From positions 3,062 to 67,061 of the IMG/VR virus record IMGVR_UViG_3300036760_000681: 64,000 nt of DNA. One strand, written 5' to 3'. Made by a program: the position numbers and the translations under genes. The notes beneath the pieces were generated by a model. That model ran no database searches, was not told the DNA's origin, and saw only the letters and a program-made list of their open reading frames with translations. Every line of letters begins with the position of its first letter. The first letter of the stretch is position 1. Positions 26,234 to 34,600 of the stretch are shown piece by piece. The stretch is from a virus.

Positions 26234-26681
26234 GCTGCGATTCTCCGGTAGTAGTAGCGCAGGGCCGCGGCTCGGTTGCATTCACGACAAAACACTTGAC
26301 GTGCAAGCGCCGCGCTTAAGGGTGTAGGTGTTCTCGTCGGAGCACGGGTGGCCGTTGCGACACTGACGCTTGTTCGCGTTGACGTTCCGGCCGCGCGCCA
26401 CGCAATCCCTGACGTTCTGCTTCTGCGTTCCCACGTAGAGATGCGCTGGATTTACACACGCCGGATTGTCGCAGTGGTGGCACACCTGGGGGCCTTTTGG
26501 CACGGGTCCGATGAAGTGCTCATAGGAGAACCGATGCGCCCCGACCTTCTTCCATGTGCCACGCACGCGCACATGGAAGATGCCGTAACCGAAGGCTGTT
26601 TTCCCGCGCGTCCACCGCCAGCAACCAGGGCTCGGAGACTTGGCGATCGCTCGCAGGAAACGGTCGATCGGCGGAACCATT
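26230..26681 (-). CDS. HNH endonuclease with its last CxxC out of frame
   Basis: GCWRW..GYG..AHRFSY..VCHHCDNPACVNPAHL..CRNGH. The final CRECNR lies in another frame after about 26290. Confidence 0.75.
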
Positions 26682-26688
26682 GGCTTGC

Positions 26689-26992
26689 TCAAAGAGTTAC
26701 GTTCGCGTTGATCGGGCCGACGCGCACGTCCGTCGCGCCCCTCGACCACGGCGTCGCTGTCGTGCTCGTCCTCGAGGTCGAGTTGGCCGACGCGCAACTG
26801 CACCGACAGGCCGGCGTCGTGCGCGACCTTCAGCGCCTCAGTCAGTTCACTGGCACACCGACGCACCCTCGCCGCCGCCTTCTTCGCCGAAGCGGTGGGA
26901 TCAGCCGCTTTGGCGCGCTTCGGCTCTGCGGTGGCGGTCTCGGCGGGCCGCTCGCCCCCTTCTGCCCAGGTCTTCTTCACATCGGTCTTCAT
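26689..26992 (-). CDS. Hypothetical protein, apparent G-run frameshift near 26740
   Basis: MKTDVKK...; removing one G from GAGGGG gives ...VEGATDVRVGPINANVTL* just before the HNH gene. Confidence 0.5.
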
Positions 26993-27234
26993 GCCTTCTC
27001 CTCGGGTGTCCAACTGCGTGAACCGTTGCGCGTCTGTCCCCTCAGTTTCGCGTTGCTCGCGTCGCGAATCCGCTGAATCTCGGCGGCGGGCAGTTTCATC
27101 GTCGCCGCGTAAATGGCCTTGATTGCGCGCCCGATCCGCACCGGGTCCGGACGGCGGTATCCCGCGGCGGCGGCGACCAGTTCGGGGGTTGGTGCGACGT
27201 GCAGCCGCGCCAGCGCCTTGCTGCTGTGGTTCAT
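26989..27234 (-). CDS. Hypothetical protein
   Basis: MNHSSKALARL...; coupled at both ends. Confidence 0.55.
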   Translation of the reverse strand: MNHSSKALARLHVAPTPELVAAAAGYRRPDPVRIGRAIKAIYAATMKLPAAEIQRIRDASNAKLRGQTRNGSRSWTPEEKA

Positions 27235-27553
27235 GCGAATGGCTCCCCGACCTGCTGATGGGTCTTCAGAATCGCGATCTCGTGATTGAGCGCACGGGCG
27301 CGCAGCACCAGGGCCGCGACTTCCGCTTCCTTCTGCACGATCGCCGCCTAGGTCGCCGATCCCGTTGCCGCCGGCAGCCTTGCCCTGCTCGCGCTCGAGA
27401 CGCTGGATGGCCTCGGGGCTCACGGTCATCTCCGCATCCTCTTTCCGGCTCATCGAATCCGTCCGAGCATGAACAGGACGAAAGCGGTGAAGATCGCCAA
27501 GAACATGACGATGGCCATGAGGCAGCCCGCGGAGCCCTTGATCTCGTCGTCGT

Positions 27554-27757
27554 TCATAGACCCCGGCACCGGATGCAGTTGAGCAGGTGTTCCGACGCCT
27601 CCCGATCGGACTGTTCCTGTCGCCAGAGTCGGGCTGCCGCCGCCTGATCGCGCAGCGCATCCTCACGCGCGCCACAGGCAATCATCGCCATACCCAGCGC
27701 GCCGACCGTAGCGCCGACGAACAGACCCGCGAGGAAGGTGGCCACTTTACGACGCAC
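27554..27757 (-). CDS. Small membrane-anchored protein
   Basis: FLAGLFVGATVGALGMAMIAC. Confidence 0.6.
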   Translation of the reverse strand: MRRKVATFLAGLFVGATVGALGMAMIACGAREDALRDQAAAARLWRQEQSDREASEHLLNCIRCRGL

Positions 27758-27938
27758 TCGCCTTCTTGATGGCCGCGTACCGCGCGATGATCTCGTCCAG
27801 GCTCATCGAGCGCAGGAGCAGGCTGTGGTCGCGTTCGCCGGTCGCCGCCGCCACGGCGCGGGCAGCCCGCTTTTCTTCGGGGGTGACGGCCAGGTTGATC
27901 CGGGCCGCGCGGGTTTCGTTCTTTGTTGCGGCGGGCAC
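27747..27938 (-). CDS. Ribbon-helix-helix-like DNA-binding protein
   Basis: RINLAVTPEEKRAARAVAAATG; AAGGA RBS. Confidence 0.55.
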   Translation of the reverse strand: MPAATKNETRAARINLAVTPEEKRAARAVAAATGERDHSLLLRSMSLDEIIARYAAIKKASAS

Positions 27939-27981
27939 AGGTGGTTCCTTTCGTTGGTGTCATGAACTACGCGACTGAGTT

Positions 27982-28258
27982 GGGTGCTTCCCTGTTGCTG
28001 CCGCCGTCCCGAGGACGCCCCGCAAACGTGGGCGCCGCGACGATTTCGCGCCGCGTCAGACTGATGGCGGATTTGAAGCCGCTTTCACCGTTCACCGTGT
28101 CACCGTTCAAAGCTTGAACGTTCACCGTTCAGCGCCTCAACTTTGAAGTGGTGGAGTGGGCGGCACTCCGGCTATTCCGCATGAGGCCCGTTCGACGGGC
28201 GGGAGTGGGGTTGCCCCCAAGGTGTTCGCGTTTCCTCGCTGCGCTACCGAAAGCACCC
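27982..28258 (-). ncRNA. Putative structured ncRNA with internal tandem 7-8 nt repeats
   Basis: 10-bp closing stem GGGUGCUUUC/GGAAGCACCC, several internal hairpins, repeat tract at about 28069-28148. Confidence 0.65.
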
Positions 28259-28266
28259 GTTGATCC

Positions 28267-28803
28267 TCAGACCACGACGTTGGTCGTGGCGTTCTTCAGC
28301 GACAACTGCCCGTCCAGTCCGCCCTTGATCGTTTCCAGCCGCTCGATTTCGTCGGCCAGCGCCTTTTCGTCGATGTTCACCAGCACATCCTGAAGGGTGG
28401 ACGCCGACTGGCCGACCGGCACGACGGTCATCTGCTTCTGCGCGCACTGCGCCCGCACCTGCTGGAGTTGGTTGCGGAGCTGCGTGTAGAACGCCTCGCG
28501 TCCCGGCAGCACTTCGCGCCGCCACGTCAGCCAGTCGGCTAGCGTCTTGGTCACGTCGCCCGCCGTGATCGTCGTCGCGTGGTTCACGGTCTGAATCGCC
28601 GCGCGCAACGCGACGATCCGCGACTCCAGGTCGGCAATCGCCTGCATCTCGCGGGCGATGAATCCCGCCGAGCCGCCCGACTCGCTGGCGAGCGGGTCCT
28701 TGAGCCCGTCCTGCCGCGCGACATACTGCCCGATGCTCGCGCGCTTCTTCACGATGCGCGCCTGTACGGTCTTGATCTCCGCCAATGCTTCGGTGATGGT
28801 CAT
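28267..28803 (-). CDS. DIP1984/DUF6847-like coiled-coil protein
   Basis: MTITEALAEIK...AAIQTVNHATTI...LDGQLSLKNATTNV matches the family's N-terminal, middle and C-terminal pattern. Confidence 0.7.
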   Translation of the reverse strand: MTITEALAEIKTVQARIVKKRASIGQYVARQDGLKDPLASESGGSAGFIAREMQAIADLESRIVALRAAIQTVNHATTITAGDVTKTLADWLTWRREVLPGREAFYTQLRNQLQQVRAQCAQKQMTVVPVGQSASTLQDVLVNIDEKALADEIERLETIKGGLDGQLSLKNATTNVVV

Positions 28804-28858
28804 GCCTTGGCCCTTTCGCTTCAGTATCATGAGTGTTGATGAGTAACACGAAGGCGCA

Positions 28859-28886
28859 AGTATAGCACCCGCGTTGCGGGCGTCAA
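28859..28886 (-). promoter_or_regulatory. Strong sigma70-like promoter
   Basis: TTGACG-N16-TATACT with extended TG; the spacer contains the inverted repeat CCCGC-aac-GCGGG. Confidence 0.75.
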
Positions 28887-28928
28887 TAGCGGGATGGTGT
28901 CGGGGTGGTGGCGAGAAGGTGACCAACG

Positions 28929-28951
28929 CAAACGCCCACCCGAAGGTGAGC
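28929..28951 (-). terminator. Probable terminator hairpin at the end of the late operon
   Basis: GCTCACC-TTCG-GGTGGGC-GTTT (UUCG loop, short U tail). Confidence 0.55.
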
Positions 28952-28957
28952 CGTTCA

Positions 28958-29041
28958 TGGAGCTGTGGGGAATCGAACCCCGTCCAATCGACGATCTGGT
29001 GCAGCGATACGAGCGTGGCCCTTTTACGTCCGGCCAGCCCC
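28958..29041 (-). ncRNA. 84-nt tmRNA-TLD / tRNA-Ala-like RNA
   Basis: GGGGCTG...CAGCTCC-A acceptor stem with G3.U70; GGAC-GGGG-TTCGATT-CCCC T-arm. Confidence 0.55.
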
Positions 29042-29046
29042 GTTCC

Positions 29047-29628
29047 CTACGGTAGCAAGTGCCCAGCAAGTACGCCAGCCCCGGCGATCGCCACGTCGAA
29101 CAGGACGGAATGGCCCGCTCGGAGGTGCGTCACGGCCCCGGCGAGCTGGAGGACGACGCGATCGCGCTGTGCGCGGGCCTCAGAAGCCTCTGCCAGCGCG
29201 TGACTTGTGGCCTCGCGGAGCACTAGAATCAGCCGACTGACGCTATCGGCGGCTACCGAGTCGTCATGGAGGTGGCCAGCCAAAGCCGAGCCAAACGCAA
29301 CCAAAGAGGCCCGGAGCGCCACCACGCCAGCCGAATCCAGGGTCAGAACGGTATCCACGGACGGTAGGAGGCCTGGCAAGGCGGCGCCTGACGCCTGCGC
29401 ACGGCCCTGCGCCCTGCCGGCCGCCCCAGCGGCCTCCGCGACCCTTGCCGAGTCGGCGAGCCTCTGGAGGTCAGCCAGACTATCGGAGACTTGGGCAGCC
29501 TCCCGGTCCATCGCCACGCTGTCGCGGTAGGCATCGCGGAGGTGGGCACTTCCCCGACCCCCCAACAGGTAGCCCGCGCCGAACAGGCCTAGGGCGAGCA
29601 GGACGGCCCCGACGACCGACAGCTTCAC
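29047..29628 (-). CDS. Rz/i-spanin-like protein
   Basis: N-terminal TM plus coiled coil, at the end of the lysis cluster. Confidence 0.5.
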   Translation of the reverse strand: MKLSVVGAVLLALGLFGAGYLLGGRGSAHLRDAYRDSVAMDREAAQVSDSLADLQRLADSARVAEAAGAAGRAQGRAQASGAALPGLLPSVDTVLTLDSAGVVALRASLVAFGSALAGHLHDDSVAADSVSRLILVLREATSHALAEASEARAQRDRVVLQLAGAVTHLRAGHSVLFDVAIAGAGVLAGHLLP

Positions 29629-29900
29629 TTCTTCCTTCGGATCGGGGTCACGCGCTCGACCACGTTCCGGTCGGCCCGCATCTGCTGGAACAGGTTGAGC
29701 TCGCAATTGTCCACATCAAGCCCCCGCCGGATGGCGTCCTCGCGCATCCGCTGCACGACGGCGATGCGGTTGAGTTCGGCGTCATGCCGGTCCTCGAGCG
29801 TGACCCGGTCGGCTTGCACCTTCAGCCAGGCGGTGCCCCAGACAAGGCCGGCACCAAGCAGGCCGCCCAGGAGCATCCCGCCGACCACCGTCGCGTTCAG
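29625..29900 (-). CDS. Membrane-anchored hypothetical protein (start uncertain)
   Basis: VVGGMLLGGLLGAGLVWG helix; stop overlaps the next start. Confidence 0.45.
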   Translation of the reverse strand: MNATVVGGMLLGGLLGAGLVWGTAWLKVQADRVTLEDRHDAELNRIAVVQRMREDAIRRGLDVDNCELNLFQQMRADRNVVERVTPIRRKK

Positions 29901-30097
29901 GTGCTCACCATTGGTGAGGAGTAGAACCGTTCGTAGAGGTGGCCCGGCTTCGGTGCCGCGTCCCACCCATCACAGGCGGCTTCTTGACATACATCGTGCG
30001 ACGGCTCGTAGCGACCCCGTTGAAGCTTCGGCCGGCCACAGACCCGACAGGTCGGGGTAGCGAAACACTTGGCGCCGCACCCCGCTTGCTGGCTCAT
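29897..30097 (-). CDS. Small Cys-rich protein
   Basis: ATGA coupling; CRVCGRPK. Confidence 0.5.
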   Translation of the reverse strand: MSQQAGCGAKCFATPTCRVCGRPKLQRGRYEPSHDVCQEAACDGWDAAPKPGHLYERFYSSPMVST

Positions 30098-30378
30098 CGC
30101 CCGGAGTCCGGCAGGAGGACGCCAGCGAACGCGCGAGTCGTCCAGCCGACGATGAACCGGGTCTGGCCGGGGTCCCGGGCGACGATCTTGGCGTACCGCT
30201 TCATCTGCTGCTCGGCGAGGCGGAAGAGGACGCGCTGTTCGGCAGCGCGGGCCCGGAGGCTGTCCACGACGAGGCGTAGACTGTCACAGGCGACGGCAAC
30301 CGTTGGCGGCGGGACGGGCCTCGAGCACGCGCCGAGGCCAGCCAGAAGCGCGAGTACGACCAGCACCCTACGCACCAC
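30094..30378 (-). CDS. Lipoprotein (o-spanin candidate)
   Basis: VLVVLALLAGLGAC lipobox with Pro-rich sequence after the Cys; directly after the endolysin. Confidence 0.55.
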   Translation of the reverse strand: MVRRVLVVLALLAGLGACSRPVPPPTVAVACDSLRLVVDSLRARAAEQRVLFRLAEQQMKRYAKIVARDPGQTRFIVGWTTRAFAGVLLPDSGR

Positions 30379-30772
30379 GGCGGGCCTCCTCCAAGAACTT
30401 CTTCGCGGTACCGACACCCTGATTAACCCCAATGTCATACGCCTTCTCGGCGATCATCTGGCTCGGCTCGCTGTCCAAGTCGAGCGGATCCCAGTAGCGG
30501 GCCTTGTAGAGCGCCGCCACCAGCTCGGCCAGCTTTCCGTCGGCCATGAGCGCGGCGTCAAGCCGCTGGCGGGCGGGCTTCGGGAGATCAACCGAACTCG
30601 CGTCGCCGATGACCTTCTTCTTCGCGGCGTCCACGATGGCCCAGCCGGGCCAGTCGGGCCAGTCGCGGCGAGTGATGCCGGCCCACGTTTCTCCACCACG
30701 GTCGATTCTGTCGTTTGCGTAGCCGGCCTCGTGCGCGCTCGTCTTGGTGTGGGCCTTGAGGAAGTCGCTCAC
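30368..30772 (-). CDS. Endolysin, glycoside hydrolase family 108
   Basis: HEAGYANDRIDRGGETWAGIT...YKARYW...DIGVNQG; no separate PG-binding tail. Confidence 0.85.
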   Translation of the reverse strand: MSDFLKAHTKTSAHEAGYANDRIDRGGETWAGITRRDWPDWPGWAIVDAAKKKVIGDASSVDLPKPARQRLDAALMADGKLAELVAALYKARYWDPLDLDSEPSQMIAEKAYDIGVNQGVGTAKKFLEEARRGA

Positions 30773-31233
30773 GGCGCGGCCTTGGCTTTGAGGAACGGGA
30801 TCCGGTCGATGATCTTGTCGATGAGGCCACCGAAACCGAGGAAGCGGAAGAACGCTTCGACTGGCTCCGGGTTGAGCAGGCCGACGCCGGCCAGGAGAAT
30901 CAACCCCGGCAGCACGAAGGCGACCATGTCGCCCCACACCATGCCGCGATCCGCCTTCAGGAGCCGACCGGCGAGCGCGACCTTCTCCTGCCAGAGCCAC
31001 ACGCAGCCACCCGCTGCCGCCGGCAGGCCGAGCAGGAAATTGCGCACAACTTTGACGACGAATGTCACGGTTGGGCTAACCCCCTCCTTCGCCTCCCGAC
31101 GCCGTTTGTTCGTCACGTTGATCGCCGCCTGCACCCGCGTTGCACCCTTCGCTTCGATGAGCGCCTGCATCTGCTGCTGTGTCCCGCTGCCACCGCGTTG
31201 CGTCAGGTTGGCATTGTCGTCGGCATCGCTCAT
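30769..31233 (-). CDS. Holin-like membrane protein
   Basis: Two or three hydrophobic segments, directly upstream of the endolysin. Confidence 0.5.
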   Translation of the reverse strand: MSDADDNANLTQRGGSGTQQQMQALIEAKGATRVQAAINVTNKRRREAKEGVSPTVTFVVKVVRNFLLGLPAAAGGCVWLWQEKVALAGRLLKADRGMVWGDMVAFVLPGLILLAGVGLLNPEPVEAFFRFLGFGGLIDKIIDRIPFLKAKAAP

Positions 31234-31544
31234 CGGTTCTCCTGCTGGCAGGCTGCGGCCTCGGTTGTCAGCATCCGCATCAGCGTCGGCTCGGCGGGTT
31301 TCGGCGTGGCCATGATGGCCAGCACGAGGCACTGCCGACGCGCGAACTTCAACTCCCACTTGGCTCGTACCGAGTCGCGGGCCGCCGCTTGGGCGACCGC
31401 CAGTTCGACGTTCGTCAGCCGACCACCCACGGCGAGCCGATCGGCCACGACCGCGCCCGTGATGCCCATCATCGCAATGAGCGTGGCGAGTGTGCGCAGC
31501 GCGTTGCCGCTGACCCTGAACCCTTCGGACGGTAGACCGACCAT
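31230..31544 (-). CDS. Membrane-anchored hypothetical protein
   Basis: TLATLIAMMGITGAVV helix. Confidence 0.55.
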   Translation of the reverse strand: MVGLPSEGFRVSGNALRTLATLIAMMGITGAVVADRLAVGGRLTNVELAVAQAAARDSVRAKWELKFARRQCLVLAIMATPKPAEPTLMRMLTTEAAACQQENR

Positions 31545-31618
31545 ACGTTCCCAGCCTTTCGAGACGCTCAATTACTCACCCGCGCGACCGGATTGTCCAT
31601 TAGGTAGTTGCCCTAGGG

Positions 31619-34600
31619 TCATCGGGCGAGCGCCGGAGCGCGGTACTTCTGGCGCTCGGCAACGCGCTTCAGTCGCAGCGTCCGCAGCCACAACTTCTGC
31701 TCGTCCGGCGTCCCCAGGCCGTAGATCTCCTCGGCCTCGTCGAGTGTCAGTTGCTTGAAGCGTCCCAGGGTAGGGTTCTCCCGGCTCTGGCGCCAGAGGT
31801 TCTGAGCCTGTACAGCGCTCATTTCGTGCGCCCGGACGGCGCGCTGGAGATCGGGTCGGCCCCGTGTCCCGCTGCGGAGCCCTTCGAGCATGTCGGTTCG
31901 GCGCTGTGCCGTGGCCTGTTCCTGCGGGGTGCGACCCTCCGCCCGACGCCCGCCGAGGTACTCCATCATGCGGTTCTGGGCGTCGGTGCGCACATCCTCC
32001 CGCCGGGCCGGCGTGACGCCGACGAAGGACGGCAGACCGCCCGCCACACCCCCGGTGCGGCGCTTGACCTCGGCCACGTTGCGGATGCCGATCGGTACGA
32101 ATTGAGTACCGATGTACTTGGCAACCTGCTCCGCCTGCGTCACGATCGGGTCGTGTTCGTTGCGAATCTTGTCGCCGTAGTAGTCCTGGTTCTGGAGCAT
32201 CCCCATAATCATCCCGATCTCGGGGTGCAACTTGTGCGTGACCGTGCCGATCGGATGGCGCGAGTAGGCGGCGATGTCCTTCATGTAACTCGGCAACTGC
32301 ACCCGCTCGATGTTGCCTTCGCGGTCCACTTGCCCGGTCGGCGGATAGAAGTAGTCCTTCAGCGTCTCCGGCCCGTGGCCCGTGTAGAGATAGGTCATGG
32401 TAGCGCCCATCAGGCCGACCGTGATGGGCAAGGCGAGCAAGTAATCGCTGCGCGAGCTCGCCTGAAGCCGAGCTAGGTCGAGCGCGCCGCCGCCGAGTTC
32501 CCTGATCGTACCCAAATTCCAGCCGACGGCGCGCACCGAGGCCATCGACAAGTCCTTCAGGGTCCGATTCCAGAACAGGTTGTCGTAGACCATCTGGCCG
32601 AGCCGGTTGTCCACCGAGTCCCAGGAACGCTGAAGCACCGCCTTGGCCTCATCCACCGTGGCGGTCGCCGGCAACTTCTCCATCTCGTAGCGCGCCAGAT
32701 CAAAGAAGACGCCGAGCTTCTGCCGCGGCACGGCATACTCCATGATCGGCCGCGCCAACTGCTCGAGCAGCGCGGGCCCGAACGCGCCCAGCGCCGCGCC
32801 GACCAAGGCGTTGCGTCCGCGATACTCTTCGTCTGAGGCGGCGCCGATGGCAGCGCCGGCGCCCGCGCGGACAGCCAGTGCCTTGAGTCCCTTGCCGGTG
32901 CGCACCGCTTCCAGGAGCGTATGACCGGCATCGGTGCGGTAGAAGGTGTCCATCTTCACCCGACCGCCGGCCAACTCAAGCGAGTTCACCGCCTCGGCAA
33001 GCGCCTGGTCTCCGGTGCCACGCAGGTAGGCCTTCAGCAATCGGTCGCCGCGAATCAGGTTGGTGAGTGGCGCGACGGGAGTCGAGAGCGCCGTCACGGC
33101 CGCACGCAGCGGCTCGCCGCCACGCAGTTGCCGGATTCCGAGCGCCATGCGTGAAGTCGCCGCGTCCACGGAGGTAAAGCCCAAGTGGAACGCCGACAAG
33201 CCGAGTTGTGCCTGGTTCAGTGTGTTGCCGAGTCCCATGTAGGCGTCGTAGATCGGGTTGCCGCGCAGCCCCGGCGAGAGGTGGTTGTTCAGTACGTTCG
33301 CCACGGCCTCCGGCGCCCAGTATTCGCCCATGATCCGCCGGCCAGGCACCGTGACCTCGCCCGGCTCGATGTTCGCGCCCTCGGGCAAGGTCACCGCGCC
33401 CTCGCGGGGGCCGAACACGGTGGCGATGGAATCGTTGATGCGAGCGTAGCCGTCGGGAATGGTCCCGCCGGCGCGGACGTAGCGCAGGAGCCCCTGCCCT
33501 TTCAGTTCCGCGAAGGTGCGCTGCGCCATCAGGTAGCGGCGCATCTCGCGGATCTTGAGCATCGTGAGGTCGAGCGGATTCGTCGTAACCGGCGTCAGGC
33601 CGGCCGCCACGCCGTCGGCCGTGGTCGGAATGGTCCGCTGCTTCAGGAACGCCCGCGAGCCCTGCAACGGCCGGCGACTGAGGATCTGCGCGACCACCCC
33701 GCCCGCCCGATCCGGCTGCTCCCAGATGTGCGGGAAGTAGTGCTCGATGAAGTTCTCGAGTTTGCCGGTGCCGAGTTGCTGTATCTGGACCCGCGCCCGG
33801 TCGAGTTCGACGCGAATGTGGTTGGCCGCCGGCTGCAACGCCTTCGGCAGCGCGGCCACCTGGTTCGTCTCAATCGCGTCGATGAAGGCGTAGCGTTCGG
33901 TGTCGTGTAGCGGCTCGACGACCTGTCGGAACGTCCGCAGCGCCTCGGCCACGCGCTCTATGTCGTGCGCCTGAGAGCCGAGTTGCGCCCGGAGCGTCCG
34001 CGCGGCCATCGCCGCCTCGGGCGAACGCAACTGCGGGGCCAAGGTCTTGGCGATGCTCTGGCCGACCCGCGACACGCCGAAGCGTTCAACGCCGGCCCGG
34101 AGGATGCCCGGAGCGTTGGCGAGCCCGGCGCCGGCCAGCGCGCCCAAGGCCGCGCCGCGGAGCGGGTCATCCTTGTTCGTGACTGCCCCAACTGCCGCCC
34201 CACCCGCCGCGCCCGCGAGGGTGCGCAGCACGACCGGGTGCGCGCCGCCCGTCTCGTCCGGCGGCCCAGCGGACGATTGCTCGGCGTCGCCCAGAATCGA
34301 CTTGATGCTCGCATCGGCCATGTGCGCGGGCGCTTCCCAGCGACCGATCCGGTAGCCGGTCTGCGTGTCGATCACGTCAGACTCGGCGGCGCGGAATAGT
34401 TCGCCGCGGGCGTCCTTGTAGAGTTCGTAACGCTGTCCGGCGGCGTTCGTGAAGAAGGCGACGTGGCCCTTCGACTTCACCGGCTCGGCGGTGGCCTGCG
34501 GCGTCAACTCCAGCGGCGTCTCGCCCGCCGGCGTCGTACTCGGGCGCTCGGCAGCCAGTCGCGCCGTCTCCTCGGGCTGAATCTTCCCGGCCTTCAAACG

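Noticed and set aside
28069-28148. Repeat tract as a CRISPR or TIGR guide array
   Set aside because: Units are only 7-8 nt with no unique spacers, and no Cas or Nop-domain protein was recognised.
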